DNA of 64,000 bases from Trichormus sp. ATA11-4-KO1. GTDB lineage: Bacteria; Cyanobacteriota; Cyanobacteriia; Cyanobacteriales; Nostocaceae. The notes beneath the pieces were generated by a model. The model saw only the letters and a program-made list of their open reading frames with translations, was not told the origin of the DNA and made no database searches. Made by a program: the position numbers and the translations under genes. Location: positions 64,001 through 128,000 of the forward strand of contig JAHHIM010000073.1 in the NCBI GenBank assembly GCA_019358915.1. The letters are read 5' to 3'. Positions 47,930 to 59,279 of the stretch are shown here, piece by piece. The first letter of the stretch is position 1. Every line of letters starts with the position of its first letter.

Positions 47930-50350
47930 ATGTCTGAATTGATCCAAGCAATCCTGGATAGCGAAGAAAAAAGTGATTTGCGTTCCTTTATTAGTCAATT
48001 ACGCCAAGAAGAAAATAATTACTTGCTGCGTAACGACATCTTGAATGTATATAGTGAATATTGCTCTAAGTCCGAGAAGTCCCAAACCTTTGCTGCGTCT
48101 TCCCGCTTAGGCAAACTGGTTTACTATACTCAGGAAATTATTCAAGAAGACTCAAGCCTTTGTTTTATCATCCGTCCGAAAATTGCTAGTCAAGAAGTTT
48201 ATCGGCTAACGGAGGACTTGAACGTTGAGCCAATGACAGTACAGGAACTGCTGGATCTACGCGATCGCTTTGTGAATAAATTTCATCCCCAAGAAGGTGA
48301 CCTGCTAGAACTAGATTTTGGCCCGTTTTATGACTACACTCCAGTAATCCGTGACCCAAAAAATATTGGTAAAGGGGTGCAATTTCTCAACCGTTATCTA
48401 TCCAGCAAAATATTTCAAGACTCTAAACAATTGCTGGAAAGCTTATTAAATTTCTTGCGCCTGCATCAATATAATGGTGTTCAGCTGCTGGTCAACGATC
48501 GCATTAAATCACAGCAGCAACTTTCTCAGCAAGTTAAGAAAGCTATCAGTTTTGTCAGTCAGCGCCCCAGCGATGAAACCTACGAAAACTTCCGGTTTGA
48601 ATTGCAAATGATGGGTTTTGAGCCGGGTTGGGGTAACACCGCTATGCGTGTAAATGACACCCTCAACGTGCTAGACGATTTAATTGACTCTCCCGATCCC
48701 CAGCTTCTAGAAGCCTTCATCTCTCGTGTGCCAATGATTTTTAGAATCGTTCTGGTATCGGCTCACGGCTGGTTTGGACAAGAAGGAGTTCTGGGAAGAC
48801 CTGACACTGGTGGTCAGGTGGTTTACGTCCTCGACCAAGCCAAGAATCTGGAAAAGCAACTACAAGAAGATGTCCAACTAGCTGGGTTAGAGGGATTGAA
48901 CGTCCAGCCAAAGGTAATTATTCTCACCCGTTTGATTCCTAATAGCGATGGTACTCTTTGTAATCAACAGCTAGAAAAAGTCCACGGTACAGAAAACGCT
49001 TGGATTTTGCGCGTACCTCTGCGGGAATTTAACCCCAACATGACGCAAAACTGGATTTCCCGATTTGAGTTTTGGCCTTATCTAGAAACTTTTGCCATTG
49101 ACTCAGAAAGAGAACTGCTAGCAGAATTTCAAGGCAGACCCGATTTAATTGTGGGTAATTATTCTGATGGAAATTTGATAGCATTTCTGTTGGCAAGGCG
49201 GATGAACGTCACTCAGTGCAACATCGCTCATGCTTTGGAAAAATCCAAATACTTGTTTAGTAACTTATACTGGCAAGATTTGGAAGATAAATATCATTTT
49301 TCTTTGCAATTCACAGCTGATTTAATTGCCATGAATGCTGCCAATTTCGTTGTGAGCAGCACCTACCAAGAAATTGTTGGTACACCGGATAGTGTGGGAC
49401 AGTATGAGTCTTACAAATGCTTTACGATGCCAGAGTTGTACCATGTAGTCAATGGAGTTGAACTATTTAGTCCCAAGTTTAATGTCGTACCTCCTGGAGT
49501 TAACGAGAGTTACTATTTTCCTTATTTCCAAACTGAAGACCGAGTAGAGAGTGAGCGCGATCGCATTGCGGAAATGCTCTTTACTCTAGAAGATCCTGCC
49601 CAAATCTTCGGCAAACTCGATGATCCCAAAAAACGCCCCATCTTTTCTATGGCGCGTCTAGACCGCATTAAAAACCTCACTGGGTTAGCGGAATGCTTTG
49701 GTAAAAGTCAAGAATTGCAGGAGCATTGTAACTTAATTTTGGTAGCAGGTAAGTTGCGCGTAGAAGAATCAGGGGACAACGAAGAACGTGACGAAATTGT
49801 CAGACTCTATCAAATCATTGATGAGTACGATCTTCACGGTAAAATTCGTTGGCTGGGCGTGCGCCTAACCAAATCAGATTCTGGGGAAATTTACCGCGTA
49901 ATTGCCGACCATAAAGGAATCTTTGTGCAACCAGCTTTATTTGAAGCTTTTGGTTTGACAATCTTGGAAGCTATGATTTCGGGATTACCAACTTTTGCTA
50001 CCCAATTTGGTGGTCCACTGGAAATTATTCAAGACAAGGTAAATGGCTTTTACATTAACCCCACAAATTTGGAGGAAACAGCTACAAAAATCTATGAATT
50101 TGTGACTAAATGTGAACAAAATTCTGATTATTGGAATGCCATTTCTCGACAAGCGATTGACAGGGTTTATAGTACATATACCTGGAAAATCCATACTTCC
50201 AAACTGTTATCCCTCGCCAGGATTTATGGTTTTTGGAACTTTACTTCCAAGGAAAATCGAGAGGATTTGTTGCGTTATCTTGAAGCTTTGTTTTATTTAA
50301 TTTACAAACCCAAAGCGCAACAATTACTAGAGCAACATCAGTATCGCTAA
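47930..50350 (+). CDS. susA: Sucrose synthase
   Basis: GRPDTGGQVVYVLDQ, GNYSDGN, MARLDRIKN, FEAFGLTILEAM. Confidence 0.96.
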   Translation: MSELIQAILDSEEKSDLRSFISQLRQEENNYLLRNDILNVYSEYCSKSEKSQTFAASSRLGKLVYYTQEIIQEDSSLCFIIRPKIASQEVYRLTEDLNVEPMTVQELLDLRDRFVNKFHPQEGDLLELDFGPFYDYTPVIRDPKNIGKGVQFLNRYLSSKIFQDSKQLLESLLNFLRLHQYNGVQLLVNDRIKSQQQLSQQVKKAISFVSQRPSDETYENFRFELQMMGFEPGWGNTAMRVNDTLNVLDDLIDSPDPQLLEAFISRVPMIFRIVLVSAHGWFGQEGVLGRPDTGGQVVYVLDQAKNLEKQLQEDVQLAGLEGLNVQPKVIILTRLIPNSDGTLCNQQLEKVHGTENAWILRVPLREFNPNMTQNWISRFEFWPYLETFAIDSERELLAEFQGRPDLIVGNYSDGNLIAFLLARRMNVTQCNIAHALEKSKYLFSNLYWQDLEDKYHFSLQFTADLIAMNAANFVVSSTYQEIVGTPDSVGQYESYKCFTMPELYHVVNGVELFSPKFNVVPPGVNESYYFPYFQTEDRVESERDRIAEMLFTLEDPAQIFGKLDDPKKRPIFSMARLDRIKNLTGLAECFGKSQELQEHCNLILVAGKLRVEESGDNEERDEIVRLYQIIDEYDLHGKIRWLGVRLTKSDSGEIYRVIADHKGIFVQPALFEAFGLTILEAMISGLPTFATQFGGPLEIIQDKVNGFYINPTNLEETATKIYEFVTKCEQNSDYWNAISRQAIDRVYSTYTWKIHTSKLLSLARIYGFWNFTSKENREDLLRYLEALFYLIYKPKAQQLLEQHQYR

Positions 50351-50394
50351 CTAGTAGTGCTGAGTTGAAATCTTGTGCTGAGTAAAAGATGTCC

Positions 50395-50420
50395 TCACTC
50401 AGCACTCAGCACTCAGCACT
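50395..50420. repeat. STRR (CACTCAG)n, forming an inverted pair with upstream GTGCTGAG copies
   Basis: cactcagcactcagcactcagcact. Confidence 0.85.
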
Positions 50421-50431
50421 CCTTTATTAGT

Positions 50432-50679
50432 CTAGATATTGGTCTGCCCTTAGAGCAACTGCGATCGCCCATCCGCAATTCCTTATCTGGCCAGCAAAAA
50501 TTCCAAGAAATGATTTGAGATGGACTAATCGTCGGGGCAGAAAAATCAAATGTTATCTCGCTATTACTTCTTTATTGGGCACAGAAATGGAAGGGGCAGT
50601 ATTAATGATGGCAGATATAGATCGAGTCAACAGTATGATTTCTACCCAAGAAATTGCAGAAAGGCGGCAGCAACAGTAA
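50432..50679 (+). pseudogene. 3' remnant of a PAS domain typical of cyanobacterial CheR-type proteins
   Basis: LDIGLPLEQLRSPIRNSLSGQQKFQEMI*, then a frameshift to TNRRGRKIKCYLAITSLLGTEMEGAVLMMAD...QQQ*. Confidence 0.6.
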
Positions 50680-50695
50680 TAGGAGAAAACTGCAA

Positions 50696-52813
50696 ATGAA
50701 TCGAGACATACAGCAAGCGATCGCCGGGGCGCATCAGCGACTGGAAGATTTATATCAGCGTGCCAATCAAGTAGAAGTGCAGGATGCTTGTAGAGAAATA
50801 TTGCAAGAAGCGATCACAGAAATTTCTATTTCTCTAGAAGAATTACATGTATCGGCAGAAGAACTACAACAACAAAATCAAGAATTAATAGCTACTCGTT
50901 ATCTTGTCGAAACAGAACGCCAGCGCTATCAGGATATATTCAACTTTGCCCCCGATGGTTATTTAGTGACTGATGTTGTCGGGATCATTCAAGAAGCTAA
51001 CTATGCAGCAGCCCAGTTACTAAATGTACGCCAATCGTACCTCATCGGCAAACCACTTTCTGTGTTTGTGCATCCGCAAGCACGGCAAAAATTTCGTCAG
51101 ATGATGCGGCAATTGGGGCAGCAAAAGCAGACCCGTACAGAAGAGTTACGGATGTTTCATAATGATGGTGAGATAGACTTTCCGGCGGAAGTAACAGTTG
51201 GCGTAATTGAAGGTCAGAATCAAGGGAAAATAGATGGCTGGCGCTGGCTACTACGAGATATTAGCGATCGCCACCAAGCACAACAGAAAATTCATGAACA
51301 AGCAGCCCTACTAGACATTACAACAGATGCAATTCTTGTCAGAGATTTGCAAAACCAAATTTTATACTGGAACCAAGGCGCAGAAAATCTTTACGGTTGG
51401 CGAGCAGAAGAGGCCTTAGGAAAGAACGCCTGGGAACTTTTATCGCCAGAAAGTTCACCGCAACTCGCAGTGGCGCTAAAAACCGTGATGGAAGATGGTG
51501 CGTGGCTGGGTGAGTTACACAAAGTCACCAAAGCTGGTAAAGCAATCATCATTAATAGTCGCTGGACATTAATGTATGATGCCGCAGGGTTACCCAAATC
51601 CATTTTGACTGTTGACACCGACATCACCGAGAAAAAACAACTGGAAATCCAGCTTTGGCGGGCCCAACGCTTAGAAAGTTTAGGTTCTCTCGCTAGTGCG
51701 ATCGCCCATGACCTCAATAATATTCTCACCCCGATGATGACAGTGGCGCAACTGTTACCACTCAAACATCCCCACTTGAGTGAAAGCTCACAACAGATGC
51801 TCAAGCTGTTGGATAATAATGCCAAACGAGGGGCTGATTTAGTACAGCAAATTTTGTCCTTTGCCCGTAATGCTCAAGACAAATGCACAATGGTGTCAGT
51901 TTCCCACCTGATAGAAGATGTTGCGCAAAACATCAAAGGCACATTTCCTCAATCTATCGAAATTGATATAGATATACCCTCAGATCCTGGGATGATTCTG
52001 GGAGATTATACCCAACTACATCAAGTGTTAATGAATTTAGTAGTTAATGCTAGTGATGCCATGCCTCAAGGTGGGAAACTGAAAATCTGTGCTAACAAAG
52101 TATTTCTCAATGAAAACTTGACGAGGATACACATGGGAGCAAAAGCTGGCTCCTATGTAGTCATTACAGTTACTGATACCGGGGTTGGCATTAACCCAGA
52201 AATCATCGATAAAATTTTTGAGCCATTTTTCACTACCAAAGAACAGGGTAAAGGTACTGGTCTGGGTTTAGCTACAGTTATGGGTATCATCAACAGCTAC
52301 GGCGGTTTTGTGGAAGTATCCAGTCAAGTAGGAATTGGTAGCCAATTCCAAGTTTACCTACCCAGTTGTGAGAGCAGCATTCCCCCCACAGTAGATGAGA
52401 TAGAACTGCCCACAGGAAACGGAGAATTAATTTTAGTTGTAGATGACGAAGCGGCAATCACGCAAATTACTAAAACCACCTTAGAAATCCACAACTACAG
52501 GGTATTAATTGCCCAAAATGGCATTGAAGCTCTTGCCCTCTATAGCCAGCACCAAAACGAAATTAAACTAGTCGTGATAGATATGATGATGCCATCAATG
52601 GCTGGAGGAACTGCTATCCGCACCTTACAAATGATCAATCCGCAGGTGCGAATTATGGCTATGAGTGGATTAGCATCAGCTGAAGCGTTAGCACAAGCCA
52701 CTATTACAGGTATTCAAGGATTTTTACCAAAACCCTTCACCGCGCATGAATTGTTGAATTCGATAAATGAGTTACTTGCAGCCAATATTCAATCAAGTTG
52801 GAATGAGGAATAG
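50696..52813 (+). CDS. Hybrid histidine kinase (coiled coil-PAS-PAS-HisKA-HATPase-REC)
   Basis: [40 protein letters not shown] at 50696 after AGGAG. Confidence 0.92.
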   Translation: MNRDIQQAIAGAHQRLEDLYQRANQVEVQDACREILQEAITEISISLEELHVSAEELQQQNQELIATRYLVETERQRYQDIFNFAPDGYLVTDVVGIIQEANYAAAQLLNVRQSYLIGKPLSVFVHPQARQKFRQMMRQLGQQKQTRTEELRMFHNDGEIDFPAEVTVGVIEGQNQGKIDGWRWLLRDISDRHQAQQKIHEQAALLDITTDAILVRDLQNQILYWNQGAENLYGWRAEEALGKNAWELLSPESSPQLAVALKTVMEDGAWLGELHKVTKAGKAIIINSRWTLMYDAAGLPKSILTVDTDITEKKQLEIQLWRAQRLESLGSLASAIAHDLNNILTPMMTVAQLLPLKHPHLSESSQQMLKLLDNNAKRGADLVQQILSFARNAQDKCTMVSVSHLIEDVAQNIKGTFPQSIEIDIDIPSDPGMILGDYTQLHQVLMNLVVNASDAMPQGGKLKICANKVFLNENLTRIHMGAKAGSYVVITVTDTGVGINPEIIDKIFEPFFTTKEQGKGTGLGLATVMGIINSYGGFVEVSSQVGIGSQFQVYLPSCESSIPPTVDEIELPTGNGELILVVDDEAAITQITKTTLEIHNYRVLIAQNGIEALALYSQHQNEIKLVVIDMMMPSMAGGTAIRTLQMINPQVRIMAMSGLASAEALAQATITGIQGFLPKPFTAHELLNSINELLAANIQSSWNEE

Positions 52814-52825
52814 GGACAAATCAAT

Positions 52826-53650
52826 TCAAAATTCCCGAACTTTAGCCGCAGGAATTGGGAAACTGATTTTCAAACGCTTAAACATTGCCGACCGAGCTTG
52901 TATAGCCAAATAATCATCCAACGGTTTCAAGGCGATCGCCTGCTGATATTTTAACCGCAGTGCCGTTTGAATTAACCAGTCAGCCACAAAGGGATTTTTT
53001 GGTAACAAAGGGCCGTGGGAATAAGTGGCGATCGCATTCTGATAAAACGCTCCTTCTGTACCATCTTCACCATTATTGCCTAAGCCATACACCACTCGCC
53101 CCAAAGCTTCCACCTGTCCCAGTTTGGTGCGTCCGCCGTGATTTTCAAAGCCTACCAAATAAGGTTTACTACCTGTAATTTCTTCCAGTTCCCGTGCTAA
53201 ACGAGAAGCTGTAACTTCTATGACTAAATTTCCTATACAACGCTTAGTATTTTCACCGGGATGCACTGAGACTAAATCCAGTATGCCTAAGCCTTGAATG
53301 CGCTGTCCTAATCCTGGTTCATAATAGTGTCCCAGCAGTTGGGGTGAACCACAGGTAAATACTCCTGGCGTACCATTGGCGATTTTCTCACGCATGGCAT
53401 CAGCTTTTGCACCTTGCAAATCACGCATAACTATTTCTTGTTGGCGGTCTTGTGCGCCACCACCAACGATCACATCTACAGTTTTAATATCGGCGGCTGT
53501 AGCATTTTGATCTAAGGGTACTATCTTGACATTGTATCCCCGCCATTGGGCGCGACGTTCTATCGTAATTACATTACCGCGATCGCCGTAGGTACTCATC
53601 AGCGTCGGATACAGCCAACCAATAATTAATTCTAAATTTTGCTCACTCAT
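52826..53650 (-). CDS. CobQ-like/GatD-type glutamine amidotransferase
   Basis: YGDRGN, GGGAQD, TCGSPQLLG, GFENHGG, TYSHGPLLPKN. Confidence 0.88.
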   Translation of the reverse strand: MSEQNLELIIGWLYPTLMSTYGDRGNVITIERRAQWRGYNVKIVPLDQNATAADIKTVDVIVGGGAQDRQQEIVMRDLQGAKADAMREKIANGTPGVFTCGSPQLLGHYYEPGLGQRIQGLGILDLVSVHPGENTKRCIGNLVIEVTASRLARELEEITGSKPYLVGFENHGGRTKLGQVEALGRVVYGLGNNGEDGTEGAFYQNAIATYSHGPLLPKNPFVADWLIQTALRLKYQQAIALKPLDDYLAIQARSAMFKRLKISFPIPAAKVREF

Positions 53651-53970
53651 AACTGATAATTTATAACTTTTACTAACACTCTTGTTGCTCTAAATCCTAA
53701 CTGCAATTATCTCCATAATGTTTAAATAGTGTCTACACTACATATAAAAAATTATCAGTTGGCGAATAAAAGCAAGAACAAAGTGATAGTCCTTTTGCTG
53801 TACTGATGATGGCGCACCTGCGGACACAAGCGATAACTCAAGATTTAACAGATAGATTGCAGTGAAACTTGAGCCAGATTAAACGAATGTATGAGGTAGG
53901 CTATAGTAAGGATAAAATCTTTCAGCAGCTTCAATTTTGGCTCTGGCTAATGAATTGAAATACAAGACTT

Positions 53971-54600
53971 ATGACACAAACACTCCAAGCCAAAGATATT
54001 GACTTACGTTACTTAATTGATAATTTTGGCATTCAGTTAGTTTTAGATGAACAATTCTTCAGTGAATGGCAAGAGGAATTACCGGAACTTACAGATTTAG
54101 ATAAACAACTTTTAGACAAAGTAAAAGCTGGTTATTTAAATCTGCTCAATTATCCACCATTGCTAGAAGATGTTGTGAGAATGGCAATTGTAGATCCGAT
54201 ACTTTTTATCGGTGACTTTTACCTATCTCCGTTTTATGTAAAATCTGAGGAATCTATAGATATTGCTGTATTTGATGAAGATGTAATCATTAAAGGCAGA
54301 ATGGATACTTTAGTTTTAAAAGACCAATTCTGGGTAATGATTATTGAATCAAAAAAAGCTTCTTTTTCTATTGAAGAAGGACTGGCACAAATTCTCGCCT
54401 ATATGTTAGGTAATCCTTATCCTGACAAACCCAGTTTTGGGATGATTGCCACAGGTAGCGAGGTTATTTTTGTGAAATTAGTAAAAGGACAACCACCCCA
54501 TTATGCTTTATCAAAAGGTTTTTTAATGCGTAACCCTGGAAATGAATTGTACGAAGTGCTGCGTATCCTCAAGCATTTAACTCAATTGGTGACTGCGTGA
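53971..54600 (+). CDS. PD-(D/E)xK nuclease-fold protein (HsdR N-terminal-like)
   Basis: GRMDTLV...IIESK, QILAYM, GMIATG. Confidence 0.7.
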   Translation: MTQTLQAKDIDLRYLIDNFGIQLVLDEQFFSEWQEELPELTDLDKQLLDKVKAGYLNLLNYPPLLEDVVRMAIVDPILFIGDFYLSPFYVKSEESIDIAVFDEDVIIKGRMDTLVLKDQFWVMIIESKKASFSIEEGLAQILAYMLGNPYPDKPSFGMIATGSEVIFVKLVKGQPPHYALSKGFLMRNPGNELYEVLRILKHLTQLVTA

Positions 54601-54779
54601 ATTACCCTGGTAATGTCCGCGAAACTCATTAAAATATAGCAATAATTCTTGAGATGACTTTTGCTATTAGCCATAGGTTTCTCACCTATAGCCTAAAACT
54701 TGGACAAAATTTTAGGCTTTCCAGCTTTGTGCCTTTGTGGTTCAAAGGTTATTTTTTTAACACAAACCTACTTATTTAT

Positions 54780-56783
54780 TTATTGATCAATTGTCCTGTT
54801 GTCAAACCCTGCTGCTTTGTTGAAATTTACTTCTTCCGCCGCCAATAATTCCCGAATTAAACGTGCTGTGGCTTTTTGTGCTAACCGATTGGTAACTTGA
54901 TGACCCAAACGCTGTACACCTGGATTCACCAACAATTGAGCTAGTTGGGGAGCAAGTTGCACTGGATCAAAACCACGGGTTTCTCGGAGAATATTTAAAA
55001 TGCGTTTAATATGCTCTAAGGTTTGTTGTTGCTCAACTGTCGGCCGAGGAGTTTCGTTAACCGCCGTCAAACCTACTCGTTCTCGCAGCACGTAAGTGAA
55101 GTTGTACAAAACATTTTTGCCTAAAGCATTGAGTCCGTTAATAAATTCATCTACCAGTTTGTCTCGAATGAATGAACCACGTTCAGAAGACAGAAATTCT
55201 ATTCCTTGATTTAACACTAAGTTGAAGTCATAGTCTTGATTTTTCTTAGCATTACGAAGTAAGTTTTCTAAACGATTCCACCGAAATTTTCCCTCTTTAA
55301 ACAGCAAATCTCGCAGAGATGTTCTTAATTCCGTTGAAGGGTCGGTTAAAAGTCGTTTAGCAACATAAGGATACGCTTCGCTGAGAACTTTGAAGTTGGG
55401 ATCTATGTAGATAGCAATACCTTCTAGCGTCACTAGAGAACGAATAATTAAAGCGTAATAAGGAGGTACACGGAAAGGATATTCATACATCAAAGCCGAG
55501 AGTTCATCAGTGATACTTTTGATGTTTAATTCAGCAACACTGGCGCCTTGAGCATCGGCAAACACTCTAGCAAAAGCTGGAATAATCGGCGTTAAGTCTG
55601 TATCTGGTGATAAGAAATCTAGCTTTACATAGTCGTTGGCTAAACCTTCAAAATCACGGTTGACAACGTGAACGATCGCTTCAATTAAACCATAGCGCTG
55701 AGGCGGTTGCACCTCACTCATCATCCCAAAGTCGAGATAAGCTAATTTGCCGTCGGTTGTTGCTAACAAATTTCCTGGGTGGGGGTCAGCATGGAAAAAT
55801 CCGTGTTCTAGTAACTGGCGCAGCGAACACTGCACACCCACTTCAATCAGATAGCGAGCATCTATACCTTGGGCTTTAATTTCTGCTGTTTGAGTTAATT
55901 TAGTCCCGTTAATCCACTCCATCGTCAGCACGCGACGATTGGTATATTCCCAGTAAATTTTCGGTACATAAATGTCTTTGATGTGACCATATAACTCGAA
56001 AAAGCGCTCGGCATTTTCTCCCTCATGAATATAGTCCATCTCTTCAAAGATGCGATCGCCTAATTCATCGAGAATGCCAACTAAGTCACTCCGCACCCGT
56101 TTGACTTTGTTTTTTACCCAAGCAGCGAGGTTGCGTAAGATGTATAAATCAATGGTGATTCGCTCTCTTAAATCAGGGCGTTGGACTTTAACAGCGACCT
56201 CTTCACCCGTTTTCAGTTTACCCTTATAAACTTGTCCCAAGGAAGCAGCAGCAATCGGCTGGGGTGAGAGTTCCGCGTAAATTTCCTGGGGTGGTGCGCC
56301 TAGTTCTTCCTCAATAAACTGGTAAGCAATTTCATTGGCAAATGGCGGCAATTGGTCTTGTAATCTAGTTAACTCTTCCAAATATGTAGGAGGAACTAAA
56401 TCCGGTCTGGTGGACAAAGCCTGTCCAATTTTGATGTAAGCAGGACCCAGTTTCGTCAGTAATTCCCGTAATTGCACAGCTCGACGCTGGTCTTTTTTCA
56501 CGACAATTCCCCGGCGGTTGTCCCACCACAACCCAAAAACAAAGGAAAGAGTCGGCCCCAAAACTGCACAAATGCGCCGCAAAACTTGCAGGGGTCTATT
56601 TCCGTAATGTTCCCTAATCTCATCAGGGTCATAACGTATTGTCTCAGGCTCAGACTTTTGCACTGTTATATGTTTTGGTGAACGGACAACCAAAGCTGAT
56701 GTACCATTTTCTGGTACTACTTCACTCAGGTGTGGTTCGCCCTCGGTTGTTCGGGCAGTCGGGGGAAGTGTCTTAACAATCAT
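54780..56783 (-). CDS. ABC1/AarF/UbiB-family atypical kinase
   Basis: IKIGQALSTRPD, AAASLGQV, VAVKVQRP, HADPHPGN, LDFGM; start MIVKTL at 56783. Confidence 0.93.
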   Translation of the reverse strand: MIVKTLPPTARTTEGEPHLSEVVPENGTSALVVRSPKHITVQKSEPETIRYDPDEIREHYGNRPLQVLRRICAVLGPTLSFVFGLWWDNRRGIVVKKDQRRAVQLRELLTKLGPAYIKIGQALSTRPDLVPPTYLEELTRLQDQLPPFANEIAYQFIEEELGAPPQEIYAELSPQPIAAASLGQVYKGKLKTGEEVAVKVQRPDLRERITIDLYILRNLAAWVKNKVKRVRSDLVGILDELGDRIFEEMDYIHEGENAERFFELYGHIKDIYVPKIYWEYTNRRVLTMEWINGTKLTQTAEIKAQGIDARYLIEVGVQCSLRQLLEHGFFHADPHPGNLLATTDGKLAYLDFGMMSEVQPPQRYGLIEAIVHVVNRDFEGLANDYVKLDFLSPDTDLTPIIPAFARVFADAQGASVAELNIKSITDELSALMYEYPFRVPPYYALIIRSLVTLEGIAIYIDPNFKVLSEAYPYVAKRLLTDPSTELRTSLRDLLFKEGKFRWNRLENLLRNAKKNQDYDFNLVLNQGIEFLSSERGSFIRDKLVDEFINGLNALGKNVLYNFTYVLRERVGLTAVNETPRPTVEQQQTLEHIKRILNILRETRGFDPVQLAPQLAQLLVNPGVQRLGHQVTNRLAQKATARLIRELLAAEEVNFNKAAGFDNRTIDQ

Positions 56784-56865
56784 GAAGAAAGCCACCAGTC
56801 GGATTGAGCATGTTAAGTATTGTAACAATATGTTTACAGACAAGCATCCCTCAAAAGGGAAAAAA

Positions 56866-56912
56866 GTGCTGAGTGCTGAGTGGGGAGTGGGGGAGTGCTG
56901 AGTGGGGGAGCA
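56866..56912. repeat. Mixed STRR (GTGCTGA / GTGGGGA)
   Basis: gtgctgagtgctgagtggggagtgggggagtgctgagtggggg. Confidence 0.75.
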
Positions 56913-57481
56913 GGCAGGGCTGTTTCATTCGCTTGTGTTGGAGATTTGTCAAGAGGATAATCTCACGCAAAGGCGCAAAGACGCAAAGAAAAATCAGGTA
57001 TTTCGGACTGAAGATGCCAAAATTTTCGGTCTTAATTGTGGATTTGCCCTTGCAATTTTAACCCTTTTAGGGAACGAAACAGCCCTGGGGGAGCAGGGGG
57101 GAGAAGAATTTGATAGTCGTCTTGGATGCAGATAGTGGTAATTTAATTTTTGCCTAATAAATATACATAAGTTTTTTTCTCCTCTGCCCCTCCGCTTCTT
57201 CTCACAACAGCCACGCTAAATAACTATTGACCTAGGTAAAGCTAATCAAGAGTTTTGCTACACTAAGAAGGGCGTGTTAGTTCAATAGTAGTAGATATTT
57301 CTACCTTTCTAAATGCTGAGTTGAAAAGGCAAAGCTTTACTTAGCCTAAATTCGTAGCAGATGGACTCAAACAAACTTTGCGCCCCTTTGCGTTTAAATT
57401 CAGACCCTTAATTGTGTACTAAATAAAAACAGCCTCCAAATTCTCTGCCAACTCAGCAATCAGAAAGGATAATTTGGCTTA

Positions 57482-59212
57482 ATGTTGCTCTGCCTGCGAA
57501 TCGAAAATTTTGCCCTAATTGACCAACTGGAACTAGAATTTGGCGCTGGACTAAATGTCTTAACAGGTGAAACCGGCGCGGGAAAATCGATTATCTTGGA
57601 TGCCATTGATGCAGCCTTGGGGGGTAAGGTTTCTAGCCGAGTGATTCGTACCGGGACAAATCGAGCAATGGTAGAAGCCACTTTTACCTCCAATCCTCCC
57701 CTAACAGCTTGGTTGAATGAACAAGAAATCGATTTAATTGATGATAACTGTGTAATAGTTAGCCGAGAAATTACTGTCACTACTAGTAATATCCGCAGTA
57801 GATCACGGGTAAATGGAGTGTTGGTAAATCGGCAGATGATGGGAGGACTACGCGATCGCTTGGTGGAAATCACTGCCCAAGGTCAAACTGTGCAAGTGGG
57901 ACAACCCGCCCAAGTCCGCGACTGGTTGGATGTGTATGGCGGTGACTCCCTAATGCAGCAGCGTCAAATTATCGCTACTGCTTTTAATAACTATCAACAA
58001 GCCCATCTCGTACTAGAAAAACGCCGGACATCAGAACGGGAACGTCTGCAACAACTCGATTTACTCACCTATCAAGTCCAGGAGTTGGGCACAGCAAATC
58101 TCCATGATCCCCAGGAATGGGAACAACTAGTACAAGAACGGGAACGTCTGAATCATGTAGTGGAACTACAACAGATGAGTTACAAAGTTTATCAGGCTTT
58201 GTATCAAAACGACAATGAAACCCCAGCAGCAGCAGATTTATTGGGGGAGAGCGAAGCGACATTAACCGATATGGTGGAGTATGATGCCCAACTGCAACCC
58301 CTGTTAGATTTAGTCAGGGATGCTCAAACGGCGATGATAGAAGTGGGCAGACAAATTAATGCTTATGGGGAAAGCTTAGAAGCCGATCCCCAAAGGTTAG
58401 AAGAAGTAGCAGAACGCATCCAGGAATTAAAACAAATTTGCCGTAAATATGGCCCTACCCTGACAGAAGCGATCGCCTATTACGAACGCATCCAAGGGGA
58501 ATTAGCAGAACTTAACGACAGCGAACAATCTATTGAAAGTCTAGAACAGCAAGAAAAAGCCAGTTTGGCAAAGCTTAACCATGCTTGTGGGCAGTTAACT
58601 CAATTGCGGCGTCAAACTGCGGCTGATTTAGCCTCCCGATTGCTGGCGGAACTTAAGCCCCTAGCGATGGAAAAAGTCCAGTTTCAAGTGGAGATTGTGC
58701 CCACTTCCCCAACCGCCACCGGTGCAGACAAAATTACCTTTATGTTTAGTCCCAACCCTGGGGAACCACTGCAACCTTTGATGGCTATTGCCTCTGGTGG
58801 GGAAATGAGTCGCTTTTTACTGGCGCTGAAAGCTTGTTTTTCCCAAGCGGATGCGGCTGAGACAATGGTATTTGATGAAATTGATGTTGGGGTTTCGGGA
58901 AGAGTAGCCCAAGCGATCGCGGAAAAATTACATCAGTTGAGTCAAAATAATCAAGTATTATGTGTGACTCACCAGCCTTTGGTGGCGGCGATGGCTGATA
59001 GGCATTTTCGCGTGGATAAGCAAATTATTACTCAAGGCAAGGGTAAAGCAGAACAACGTACTGTGGTACGCGTGACTAAGTTGGACAATTTAACTCATCG
59101 CCGGGAAGAATTGGCGCAGTTAGCTGGTGGTAAGTCGGCCACAGAGGCGATCGCTTTTGCAGAATCTCTGTTATTGCAAGCTGCTAATCATCGTCGTCAG
59201 GAGATTATCTGA
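57482..59212 (+). CDS. recN: DNA repair protein RecN
   Basis: TGETGAGKS, ASGGEMSR, FDEID, VTHQP. Confidence 0.97.
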   Translation: MLLCLRIENFALIDQLELEFGAGLNVLTGETGAGKSIILDAIDAALGGKVSSRVIRTGTNRAMVEATFTSNPPLTAWLNEQEIDLIDDNCVIVSREITVTTSNIRSRSRVNGVLVNRQMMGGLRDRLVEITAQGQTVQVGQPAQVRDWLDVYGGDSLMQQRQIIATAFNNYQQAHLVLEKRRTSERERLQQLDLLTYQVQELGTANLHDPQEWEQLVQERERLNHVVELQQMSYKVYQALYQNDNETPAAADLLGESEATLTDMVEYDAQLQPLLDLVRDAQTAMIEVGRQINAYGESLEADPQRLEEVAERIQELKQICRKYGPTLTEAIAYYERIQGELAELNDSEQSIESLEQQEKASLAKLNHACGQLTQLRRQTAADLASRLLAELKPLAMEKVQFQVEIVPTSPTATGADKITFMFSPNPGEPLQPLMAIASGGEMSRFLLALKACFSQADAAETMVFDEIDVGVSGRVAQAIAEKLHQLSQNNQVLCVTHQPLVAAMADRHFRVDKQIITQGKGKAEQRTVVRVTKLDNLTHRREELAQLAGGKSATEAIAFAESLLLQAANHRRQEII

Positions 59213-59279
59213 GAATCAGTTACTGTGATTTTTGTTTTTACTCTGGGCATGTTAATGCTAAGTAGTAATAGATTTGGTT

